From: Ignavibacteria bacterium | Lineage (GTDB): Bacteria; Bacteroidota; Ignavibacteria; Tepidaquicellales; OLB5 | Length of the DNA: 64,000 bases | Assembly (NCBI GenBank): GCA_030835025.1 | Contig: JAUQWS010000134.1 | Coordinates: 2,110 to 66,109 of the forward strand | Direction of reading: 5' to 3' | Translations under genes and position numbers: made by a program | Part shown: piece after piece, positions 54,473 through 62,588 of the stretch | Layout: each line of letters starts with the position of its first letter | Position numbering within the stretch: position 1 is the stretch's first letter | The notes under the pieces: generated by a model | The model's input: the letters and a program-made list of their open reading frames with translations, nothing else | The model's database searches: none | What the model was told of the DNA's origin: nothing

Positions 54473-56333
54473 ATTTCAATAATACCATTTTTTTGATCTC
54501 ACTATAACCGCGTGCTTCAAGCCTGCAAAAATACACTCCGCTTGAATACCTTTGAGCATCAAATGTCACCTCGTAATTCCCGGCATAATATTCTGAATCT
54601 GCAAGAAGCATGACCATTTTTCCCTGAACATCATATACGGTCATCCTAACATGTGCTTTCCGGGGTACGCTGAATGAGATCTTTGTCACCGGGTTGAAAG
54701 GATTAGGATAATTCTGCATCAGGCTGAACTTTGAAGGCAGCTGGTTGTTCAATATTCCTATAGGACTGCCCGCGCACCCGGCAGATGATATCATGTTCCT
54801 TGGTCCATCTTCGGAATATATCAATATGCAGCTGTCACCCGATTGGTACCTGAACACAGGCTTTGGGGCGATCTCCTCAGCTGCCGAAAAGTAATTCATT
54901 TTGTAAACGTGATTCAGAACTCCAGCGTGATTCATCGCTATGTAATGAATACTATCCCCGGCTGCACCTGTGAAGAATGAGACATAATGAGTGCTTCCGC
55001 CCCGTACACCGATTATCTCCGGAGGGTAATTAGGGTTAATGACGCTTCCAAGCAGCGTACTTACCGAAAATGGTGCTTCAAAATTCCCAAAACTTGAAGA
55101 TGAAAACCATTTTACATTCCAATTACCACCTGTAAACTGCCTGAACGTGCAGACTATGCTTCCATTATTATTCCCGTTGGATGACAGCCTTGCATGTGTT
55201 TTATAGCTCCCCGGATCATTGCCGCCGATATTGCCGCCTGCACCGGTTGAGCTTACCGGCGGATTTCCGTTAATATCGCTTTTTGCAAAATATATCTTGG
55301 TGCTATCGGGCACGCCGCAGAAGGAAACTTCAATGGAATCCTCTCCGCCAATGTTGAAATACGCAATATCACTGTAAGATGTCCTCACAAGTGCAGAAGA
55401 ATTCTCATACCAGAAGTATTTTGAATTCATAAATGAAATTGACGGATTATTCAGGGAGTAAGGATTCAGTATCCTTGCAAACCTCTGCGTATTGATTCTG
55501 CTGCCGTTTCCGTCAAGCGAATCGAAAGAACATATCATGTATACATATGGAGTTGCTGCGTACCTTGCATTGTCAGATGTGAGCCTGATATTATAATAAT
55601 TTCCCGTTGAGTCACTCGCCGGCCACTCAAGCAAATTATAAAACGTACCGTTGAGTGAGGGAATCTGCAGAATGAATGCCCCAACGGCTTTCCTGCCCCA
55701 CGGCTGTTTAAATCCGAAAGCCACCCAAAGGTACTTCTGCCCCGAAGTATTCTCAACAAGTTCCATATCCATATCATCGGATGTAACAAAATCACCCGGG
55801 CGGATATTACCCTGAACGTACAGATTCCAGCTCACTCCCCCGTTTCCTGAATAATATACCCTAAGTGTATCGGGGCTAAGGGAATCCGCTGAATAAAATA
55901 CAACCGACCATATTCTTCCGGCAGTCGGGCCGCGCTGTTCTATTGCCGCAGCCAGGCACTTTATTTTTCTGTTTGGGTTTGAATAGATCACAGTGTTCTG
56001 AATGTCATCAGTTGTTCCCCCTGCAAAAGGTGCACCCTTCAAGCCCGGGTTTGAACCGTAACCCTCAATGTTTATGAGGCTGCCGTACTCTGTTTTGGAA
56101 TAACCGGTCAACGCTTCAAGCTGAGAGTTCAGCTCAATTATCCTGCTTAGATTAGCTGAATTGTCGTCCTTCTTTAGTCTCTTCATCTCGCTTTCAATTT
56201 TCAATTGCTTCTCCGTTTTCACGATTGTGTTGCTCTTTCTCCCGTGATTCCTTGTATCCTGTCCCCGGATTAATCCAAAAGCCAAAATCAATATCATTAA
56301 AGCTGAAAAAACCCTGTAAACCGCACAACCCAT
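54471..56333 (-). CDS. Large secreted protein of unknown function with T9SS type-A C-terminal sorting domain
   Basis: 620 aa with a signal peptide. C-terminus NYPNPFNPVTKISFSVP...GVYFCRLEARGYSEIKKMVLLK. Confidence 0.7.
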   Translation of the reverse strand: MGCAVYRVFSALMILILAFGLIRGQDTRNHGRKSNTIVKTEKQLKIESEMKRLKKDDNSANLSRIIELNSQLEALTGYSKTEYGSLINIEGYGSNPGLKGAPFAGGTTDDIQNTVIYSNPNRKIKCLAAAIEQRGPTAGRIWSVVFYSADSLSPDTLRVYYSGNGGVSWNLYVQGNIRPGDFVTSDDMDMELVENTSGQKYLWVAFGFKQPWGRKAVGAFILQIPSLNGTFYNLLEWPASDSTGNYYNIRLTSDNARYAATPYVYMICSFDSLDGNGSRINTQRFARILNPYSLNNPSISFMNSKYFWYENSSALVRTSYSDIAYFNIGGEDSIEVSFCGVPDSTKIYFAKSDINGNPPVSSTGAGGNIGGNDPGSYKTHARLSSNGNNNGSIVCTFRQFTGGNWNVKWFSSSSFGNFEAPFSVSTLLGSVINPNYPPEIIGVRGGSTHYVSFFTGAAGDSIHYIAMNHAGVLNHVYKMNYFSAAEEIAPKPVFRYQSGDSCILIYSEDGPRNMISSAGCAGSPIGILNNQLPSKFSLMQNYPNPFNPVTKISFSVPRKAHVRMTVYDVQGKMVMLLADSEYYAGNYEVTFDAQRYSSGVYFCRLEARGYSEIKKMVLLK

Positions 56334-56429
56334 AATAAAACTCCCTGCAAAATGTGTTTAGATGATTATTATATAATTATTTATATAAGTACTTATACAA
56401 TATAACAAAAAAAATTGCTCTCTGAAAGC

Positions 56430-56852
56430 CTATTCCCCTGATAAAGTGACAATTAATTTCCTGCTGCCGCCGTGGTTACGGTGTTCACATAAGTAGATGC
56501 CCTGCCACGTTCCAAGGTTTAATCTCCCCTTTGTTATCGGAACAGAAACGGAAGAACCGAGAATCGATGTCTTTATGTGTGAGGTCATATCATCCGGACC
56601 TTCAAGTGTGTGCTCGTAATAGTCCGCATCTTCCGGAACCATTATGTTGAAATGTGTTTCCATATCACTCCTGACTGTCGGGTCTGCGTTTTCATTTACA
56701 GTCAGTGACGCCGAAGTGTGTTTTATGAATATATGGGCAATCCCCGCAGAAATTGAGCTGATCTCCGGAATACTCTGCAGGATCTCACCTGTTATCAGAT
56801 GAAATCCTCTCGCCTTGGGCTTAAGCGAAAACTCCTTCTGAAATACCTTCAT
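56430..56852 (-). CDS. yjbQ: YjbQ/UPF0047 family protein (secondary thiamine-phosphate synthase)
   Basis: 140 aa; contains GFHLIT..I, FIKHTSASLTVNENADP and GEHRNHGG-like CEHRNHGGSR. Confidence 0.8.
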   Translation of the reverse strand: MKVFQKEFSLKPKARGFHLITGEILQSIPEISSISAGIAHIFIKHTSASLTVNENADPTVRSDMETHFNIMVPEDADYYEHTLEGPDDMTSHIKTSILGSSVSVPITKGRLNLGTWQGIYLCEHRNHGGSRKLIVTLSGE

Positions 56853-56986
56853 CCCTTGCCGTTAGTGTTAAGTTTATCCTTCTTCTTCTGTTTTTCATCA
56901 TCATAAGATGTCTTAATGATAAAGAAGATATATGCGGCGAACATTAAGGTGCCTATCACTGCGAATACTATTATTGCTCCATCCAT
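56849..56986 (-). CDS. Unannotated 45-aa single-TM miniprotein (MDGAIIVFAVIGTLMFAAYIFFIIKTSYDDEKQKKKDKLNTNGKG)
   Basis: Below the ORF-track cutoff. Its TGA overlaps the yjbQ ATG (ATGA). A TAnnTTTG box lies 51 nt upstream. Confidence 0.35.
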   Translation of the reverse strand: MDGAIIVFAVIGTLMFAAYIFFIIKTSYDDEKQKKKDKLNTNGKG

Positions 56987-57036
56987 AACCTATATTTTAA
57001 AATTGTGAAATTCAATCAATGAACACTTTCTGAACT

Positions 57037-57044
57037 CAAAAATA
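57037..57044 (-). promoter_or_regulatory. -7 box TATTTTTG upstream of the miniprotein-yjbQ pair
   Basis: TAnnTTTG match on the minus strand. Confidence 0.35.
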
Positions 57045-57052
57045 AAACAACT

Positions 57053-57604
57053 TTATTCTTTCAAATCTTTTATTCTGTTTTTCTTCAGTATTCTGTATAG
57101 CTGTGAATGCCTGTTATTCAAATCACCCCCCGTAAGCTCATATTCATCATATTTCGGAGAGAGCAGCCCGATGAGTCCTCCAACCGCCGCAAAAGGAACC
57201 GAGTACAATGCCGCTCCAACAATAGCACCTGTAAAATGAAATACAGCAGGACCATCAAACCTGAAATACCCCCCTGCGAAAAAACCAGCCACAAAACCAA
57301 CTGCCGCACCAAAAGCAGCCCCGCCCCAGAAATTAGTTCCGTTTCTGAAACCGATCTTCCGGATGCTGTTTATATTTACGGAATAATTGTATTTGCCGGT
57401 ATCTGCCACTAACAGACTGTCAAAAAGACTAAATTTATTATTTTTTTCTTTGAAGTGTACGTTCACACCGCTCTTTTTAACATTATCAAAGATCTTAAGT
57501 TCCGGCATCAGAAAAACTGCAGCATCTGACTGAGCAAATACTATATTGCATAAAAAAAGAATCAGACTTAACAGACAAAAAACCGACGTTTTGCTTAGGT
57601 TCAT
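57053..57604 (-). CDS. Uncharacterised membrane protein, glycine-zipper paralog A
   Basis: Signal peptide, about 75-aa ectodomain (DSLLVADTGKYNYSVNINSIRKI), Gly/Ala-zipper TM pair and a basic tail (YELTGGDL...LYRILKKNR). Confidence 0.6.
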   Translation of the reverse strand: MNLSKTSVFCLLSLILFLCNIVFAQSDAAVFLMPELKIFDNVKKSGVNVHFKEKNNKFSLFDSLLVADTGKYNYSVNINSIRKIGFRNGTNFWGGAAFGAAVGFVAGFFAGGYFRFDGPAVFHFTGAIVGAALYSVPFAAVGGLIGLLSPKYDEYELTGGDLNNRHSQLYRILKKNRIKDLKE

Positions 57605-57663
57605 TCTGTTTTAGAGTTTTGTATCTGTGAATAAGATTTGCATCACCTTACAGTTTTAGGTTT

Positions 57664-58194
57664 TCATTTCCTTGCATTCTTCAGTATCTCGATAAGCCGT
57701 TTTCGCTTGCTGCTGTAATCTTTTTCATTCAGTTCATAACTGTTATCGTGTGATAACAAAAAAGCAATAGAACCGCCAATTAATGAAAAAACTGCGCCTC
57801 CGATAAACCCGCTCAGAATCCTTTCACCGGCTGATACATTGCGTCCCCCGCCGAAATCCAAACCAGCAAGGGCAGCACCTGCAAGGAATCCAACAGCGAA
57901 AGTAATACCCATTGTTATCGGAATACTCGAGTTTGATCTCTTCACTGTAATTCCTTTAATATCCTTAATATTTACACTGTAATTATATTTGTTTTTATCG
58001 GCGGTTAAGGATGAATCAGCCAGTATGAATGAATTATACTCATTTTCAAATTCATAAATGACTTTAGCTCTGTTTTCATTCTGCAGGATACTCAACCTGG
58101 GAAGAGTAAAGCTTAAAACAGTATCCTTCTGTGAAAAAACACTGCCGGAAAACAGAATCATAAACATAAGTAAGAGATTTATTTTTATTCTCAT
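57664..58194 (-). CDS. Uncharacterised membrane protein, glycine-zipper paralog B
   Basis: Same architecture: DSSLTADKNKYNYSVNIKDIKGI; GFLAGAALAG...GFIGGAVFSLIGG; YELNEKDY...LIEILKNARK. Confidence 0.6.
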   Translation of the reverse strand: MRIKINLLLMFMILFSGSVFSQKDTVLSFTLPRLSILQNENRAKVIYEFENEYNSFILADSSLTADKNKYNYSVNIKDIKGITVKRSNSSIPITMGITFAVGFLAGAALAGLDFGGGRNVSAGERILSGFIGGAVFSLIGGSIAFLLSHDNSYELNEKDYSSKRKRLIEILKNARK

Positions 58195-58195
58195 T

Positions 58196-58612
58196 TTACC
58201 ATTTTTTAGTTTTTACATATTTTACAGATTCAACAACCAGTTCTTTCAGCACTTTCATATCAATATCCTCAAGCCTCTTAACGTATAAGCACGCTTTAGC
58301 CGCTTTATGTTTGCCGAGCTTCTTCAAGAGTTCCCGGTTTCTTTCAAGTCCGCACATTACGTAAATGGATATTGCTGCTTTCCTTGGCGAAAATCCCGTT
58401 ATGCAAATATCTCCTTCGTGACCGCTTTCGTATTTGTAGTGATATTTGCCAAACCCGATTATAGAGGGTCCCCACATAACAGGCTCAGCCTTAGTGATCT
58501 TCTTCATCATGTCTATAAGCTTATAGCTATCTTCCTGTTTCTGTTTATCAAGTACGGATTTAATGAATTTATCCACACTGACTTTAGTTGCCTTGGTTTT
58601 TATTTCTGCCAT
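58196..58612 (-). CDS. DUF1801 (YdhG-like) domain protein
   Basis: 138 aa. V..FI......+..D...L.....+.T...P.MWG.SIIGFG.YHYKY.SG+EG matches the DUF1801 pattern. Confidence 0.7.
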   Translation of the reverse strand: MAEIKTKATKVSVDKFIKSVLDKQKQEDSYKLIDMMKKITKAEPVMWGPSIIGFGKYHYKYESGHEGDICITGFSPRKAAISIYVMCGLERNRELLKKLGKHKAAKACLYVKRLEDIDMKVLKELVVESVKYVKTKKW

Positions 58613-58667
58613 GATTCTAAAGCTGCTCTGATTAAGTTGTTTATTAAGTTTTTTATAGAAGTATGAT

Positions 58668-58777
58668 ACACACCCCGTCTGCCCGGCCTGAACCGGGCAT
58701 CCACCCCTCTCAAGAGGGAAATTTTTGCACTTTATTCCCCTCTTGAGAGTGGAAGGAGCGAAGCGGAAGGGGTGTGT
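58668..58777. repeat. 110-bp nested inverted-repeat element (acacacccc...ggggtgtgt outer stem; ccctctcaagaggg/ccctcttgagag inner stem; gcccgg-cctgaa-ccgggc side hairpin)
   Basis: Read directly. Lies between the PH-domain gene stop and the DUF1801 gene start. Confidence 0.7.
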
Positions 58778-58806
58778 AACAACTCCATAAGACTTTTCAA
58801 TCAGGA

Positions 58807-59334
58807 CTATTTTATTTTCTGTTCTATCTTTTCCAGGCTTGCCGCAATTTTTTCAAGAAGTTCGATCTGAATACTCCGGTTATCACCGCTGTGATACAGC
58901 CCTGATTTTATCTTCTCTCTTTGCTCAAGCACTTTTGCCCTGAATACATGCGCATCAACTACTCCAACCAGTTTCATCTGGTTGCCGCTGTGCTCGCTTT
59001 GCCCTGCAGTTTCAACCTTGAGCATTGCAAGATTAAAATGCCGCAGTACCGGGCCTTCGTAAAAGGTCAAGTCCTGAATATTTTCAAGCGGAATGGTCTT
59101 ATCCACGGTAAACAGAATTCCCATTCTGAATCTGAGGTTCTTTTCGGTAAGGACACAATACAGCTTTTCGAAATAATGGCGGCTATACCATTGACCCAGT
59201 CCGCAAATCCAGGCTATTGCGATCGGAATACCAACAACTGTGATCAGCAATACTCCTAAAACATAGACTAAAATGTAAGTTTTAACTATCTGGTTGAATT
59301 CGGCTTTTATGAGGATGTTTTCGTTTTCGTTCAT
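58807..59334 (-). CDS. Bacterial PH domain (bPH_2/YdbS-like) membrane protein
   Basis: 175 aa. Two TM helices followed by a PH-like domain (..LTEKNLRFRMGILFTVDKTIPLENIQD). Confidence 0.65.
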   Translation of the reverse strand: MNENENILIKAEFNQIVKTYILVYVLGVLLITVVGIPIAIAWICGLGQWYSRHYFEKLYCVLTEKNLRFRMGILFTVDKTIPLENIQDLTFYEGPVLRHFNLAMLKVETAGQSEHSGNQMKLVGVVDAHVFRAKVLEQREKIKSGLYHSGDNRSIQIELLEKIAASLEKIEQKIK

Positions 59335-59476
59335 ATTTACTGCAATTATGCAGCTAAATTAATTCAATTTGAAACGATAGCAAAGTCAATAAGATATAAC
59401 ATATATCGAAATTCTGTGTAATTACAGTATTAATAGAAAATGATTGACAAGTCTGCAGGTTGAAGAATAATATCTT

Positions 59477-59530
59477 CCCCCTCTCCATTTTGGAGAGGCC
59501 TGCCTGCTGCAGGCAGGGGGTAAGGGGGTG
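59477..59530. repeat. Composite GC-rich palindromes: cctctcc-atttt-ggagagg (59480-59498) and cctgcctgc-t-gcaggcagg (59499-59517), followed by gggtaagggggtgag
   Basis: Read directly. Same CCTGC..GCAGG family as 16019, 17281 and 44685. Confidence 0.7.
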
Positions 59531-59643
59531 AGAAGTTAATATAGGCAATCCGGAAAATTCTGACCCCTTGCGACTTTTTCCAATGTATTTGCATCATATT
59601 AATTGAAAAACTATAGTCATTAATCAAGAACAGAAAAGAATAA

Positions 59644-60963
59644 ATGAAAAAAATACTTTTAACCGCCCTGGTGTTTCTATTACACTGCATTAACCTTACG
59701 GCTGATGATCACGCCGATAAGATCGAAAAGCTGTTGAAAGAGTATGACGAGATCGGCATGTTTTCAGGGAGGGTGCTTCTTGCTAAAGACGGCAATGTGA
59801 TTTTCGACAGGTCATTTGGCTTTGCCAACTGGGAAAGCAAGACTCCCGTAACTAATGAAACACTTTTCAGGATCGGCTCTCTTAATAAAATGTTCACTCA
59901 TGCAATGATCAATCAGCTTAAGAACGAAGGTAAACTTGACCACTCGGATCCTCTAAGCAAATTCATAGACCTGTACCAGGGGAACGAAGACGATAAGATC
60001 ACAATCAAAATGCTGATTGAAATGAGCGCAGGGCTGGGTGACTATCTCAACAACCCTGAATTCATGCAAAACAGGGCAAACTTCAGAACCGTTGATGATT
60101 TTATAAAGATCATTAAGAATGAACCGCTGTTATTTGAGCCCGGAACAGACAGAAAGTATTCAAACTCCGGTTATGTTGTGCTCGGTGCTGTTATCGAAAA
60201 AGTCACAGGGAGGTCATACACAGATAACCTGAATGAAAGAATAATTGAACCGCTGGGGATGAAAAATACTTTCTACAAACTGATCGGCGAGAGTATCCCG
60301 AATGCTGCTTCGGGGACGATCATAACTTTTTCCGGAAATAAAAGAAACTCACCCTTTGCAGAACAGCCCTCTCCTGCAGGGGGAATGTTCTCCAATGCTG
60401 ATGACTTGCTGAAATTCGATATAGAGCTGAGAAAGACCAACCTTATACCGCAAGGCATAAGGGCAGGAGGCAACCAGGTGTGGAATTCCGTGCTTGCACA
60501 GCTCAAAGACGGATATACATTGATAATAAATTCAAATTTCGGCCAGGCTGCAGATGAGATCATAATGAGGTATGAGGATATGCTTGAAAATAAGCCCTAT
60601 CCAAAGCCTGATGTTACATTTAATATGAAACTTTACAGGGTTCTTAAAGATGGCGGAATAAAGGAGCTATCAGCTCAGCTTAAGACTTTGATATCCGGTA
60701 GCGGCATGGAGTATAATGACAACCATTTGAATTTCTTCGGGTATGAGCTTATGGCTGAAAATGAACTTGATAATGCCATAGAAGTCTTTAAACTGAATTG
60801 TGAGCTGTTCCCAAACGTACCAAATGTGTATGACTCTCTTGGTGAAGCATACATGAATGCAGGGAAAAAGGATCTTGCCATTAAATGTTATAAAAAGGTA
60901 CTGGAGATGGAACCCGGAAACAGAAATGCTGTTAAAATGCTCGAGCAATTGGGTCCAAAATAG
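59644..60963 (+). CDS. Serine hydrolase (class C beta-lactamase/PBP4*-like) with C-terminal TPR repeats
   Basis: Signal peptide. SxxK motif (GSLNKMFT) and YxN motif (YSNSGY). TPR-like tail (AIEVFKLNCELFPNVPNVYDSLGEAYMNAGKKDLAIKCYKKVLEMEPGN). Confidence 0.85.
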   Translation: MKKILLTALVFLLHCINLTADDHADKIEKLLKEYDEIGMFSGRVLLAKDGNVIFDRSFGFANWESKTPVTNETLFRIGSLNKMFTHAMINQLKNEGKLDHSDPLSKFIDLYQGNEDDKITIKMLIEMSAGLGDYLNNPEFMQNRANFRTVDDFIKIIKNEPLLFEPGTDRKYSNSGYVVLGAVIEKVTGRSYTDNLNERIIEPLGMKNTFYKLIGESIPNAASGTIITFSGNKRNSPFAEQPSPAGGMFSNADDLLKFDIELRKTNLIPQGIRAGGNQVWNSVLAQLKDGYTLIINSNFGQAADEIIMRYEDMLENKPYPKPDVTFNMKLYRVLKDGGIKELSAQLKTLISGSGMEYNDNHLNFFGYELMAENELDNAIEVFKLNCELFPNVPNVYDSLGEAYMNAGKKDLAIKCYKKVLEMEPGNRNAVKMLEQLGPK

Positions 60964-60992
60964 GAGTAAGCATTTCATATTCTTAAGATCAT

Positions 60993-61025
60993 ATAAAAAA
61001 AATGCCGGGTCAAATGATCCGGCAT
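60993..61025 (-). terminator. Rho-independent terminator of lipoprotein gene 61053-61931
   Basis: Minus strand reads atgccgg-atcatttgac-ccggcat followed by TTTTTTTT. Confidence 0.7.
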
Positions 61026-61052
61026 AATTCATTAATATAAAACCGTTATTAC

Positions 61053-61931
61053 TTATTGGAAAGTGAACCAGCCAACATTTCCGCCCAGCGAAACTTTCAG
61101 CCTGTTATATGTTTTTTCAAAAGGTACACTGAATATACTGCTAAGCGCAAACTTGATTCTTGAAATTCTGCTCGCATTTTCATTTTCGTTCACAGTAATA
61201 AAAATAGTCGCACTCCCTTCATGCTTATATACATTGCCTTCTTCAGTGTAGCCCGAAGCAAAGAGCGCTGATTTCAGTACTTCCAGCTCCTTAGCTGTTG
61301 CATTCATATGGACCTCAAGTATCTTATCAAAGTAAATTGCCTTCAGATCCTGACCGCCCCAGCTTGACATAAAAGTCCTCATGCCTACCCCGCTTATAAG
61401 TGAATCGCCAAAACCCCATGTCCTGTAACTTTCAAATGAGTATGTAGTCAAAAAAGGGATTACCCGCGGATGACTTACATTTGTCCAGTTATACATAGGA
61501 AGCACTTCAAATAAAGTGTATCCTGTTCCTTTGCTGATATTAACATCAAGCGCCAGTTCTGTAAATTTCTTCCACGTATTCACAAGTGAGTCCTTCATTT
61601 CCGGCTTCTTTGATTGAAAGATAAGGTTAAGTCCTCCTGCCTGGTTCTGGTAGAATTCCCTTGCCTGGCTGAAATGAAGAAAATTTTCCTGCCCGAGTAT
61701 GAACATATCAAAGCTCCGCTGGTTTCCCATCATAACAGTATCAAAAAAAGATATGCCGAATGATTTCATTAAATACTCATCTTCAGCTAACTGCCTGACG
61801 GTGGAAGTATCAATTATGATATCCAGATGCCCCAAAAAACTCTTTGGAACTGAAGTATCATTTTTATCAGAGCCGCAGCCGGCAAGGATCAATATTGCTA
61901 AGATCGGGAAAAACAGGAATTTCAATTTCAT
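61053..61931 (-). CDS. Hypothetical lipoprotein
   Basis: Lipobox ILAGCGSD; 292 aa; no family recognised. Confidence 0.55.
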   Translation of the reverse strand: MKLKFLFFPILAILILAGCGSDKNDTSVPKSFLGHLDIIIDTSTVRQLAEDEYLMKSFGISFFDTVMMGNQRSFDMFILGQENFLHFSQAREFYQNQAGGLNLIFQSKKPEMKDSLVNTWKKFTELALDVNISKGTGYTLFEVLPMYNWTNVSHPRVIPFLTTYSFESYRTWGFGDSLISGVGMRTFMSSWGGQDLKAIYFDKILEVHMNATAKELEVLKSALFASGYTEEGNVYKHEGSATIFITVNENENASRISRIKFALSSIFSVPFEKTYNRLKVSLGGNVGWFTFQ

Positions 61932-61959
61932 TAAAAGTGTACTATGATTTTTTGTTTTA

Positions 61960-61967
61960 CAAATCTA
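61960..61967 (-). promoter_or_regulatory. -7 box TAGATTTG upstream of the lipoprotein gene
   Basis: TAnnTTTG match on the minus strand, 29 nt upstream of the ATG at 61931. Confidence 0.35.
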
Positions 61968-62057
61968 ACTCAAAACACGCAGAGTGCAAAGGCAGAAAAT
62001 TGAACTTGATCGTTACATCATACTTGAAAAATGAACTGAAGTAATCGAATCTATGTG

Positions 62058-62588
62058 TTAATTCGATTCAACTGGCTTACCGGTTTTCTTATTCTTTTCC
62101 AGGAACAGCCTGAGTTTTTCATGTTTTCCTTGAAGGTCAGAATTTTTCAACTCAATTGTATCATAATCCGTCACAAGCGCACCCGCTATACCGAAGATCA
62201 AAGTGAGAGGAACACATAGCAGGAAGTTCACATCTTTGAATTCAGCATTTGATGATGATGTAGCAAGGCCGATCAGAACACCGAGTGCAAGTCCCGCACC
62301 GGCACCTTCAAGGAAAAACGAGCCGTCGTTCACACTTAACTTTTTGATATCACTCAAACCGACCCTGTAGCTGTAAACTGAAGTGTCGGCTATCAGCAAA
62401 CTATCGCTCAGTAAAAAACGGTTCTCATCTTTTTCAAAATCATATATGACTATCTTCCCTTTCTCAATCTGACTGATTGAAAGTTTCGGCAGCACATAAA
62501 GACTTTTTTCGCCCGATTGTGAAAATAGGCTTGCTGAAATAATGAAATGTATAAACAAGTATTGGAAGATTGAGAATTTACTCTTCAT
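62058..62588 (-). CDS. Uncharacterised membrane protein, glycine-zipper paralog C
   Basis: The Met18 start (MKSKFSIFQ) is preferred. Contains [37 protein letters not shown] and IELKNSDL...[10 protein letters not shown]. Overlaps the acs stop by 11 nt. Confidence 0.6.
   Translation of the reverse strand: MKSKFSIFQYLFIHFIISASLFSQSGEKSLYVLPKLSISQIEKGKIVIYDFEKDENRFLLSDSLLIADTSVYSYRVGLSDIKKLSVNDGSFFLEGAGAGLALGVLIGLATSSSNAEFKDVNFLLCVPLTLIFGIAGALVTDYDTIELKNSDLQGKHEKLRLFLEKNKKTGKPVESN

Noticed and set aside
59354-59690. ORFs 59354-59548 and 59430-59690 (…PLPAAGRPLQNGEGE…).
   Set aside because: They are translations of the stacked GC-rich palindromes in a divergent promoter region and are not credible genes.
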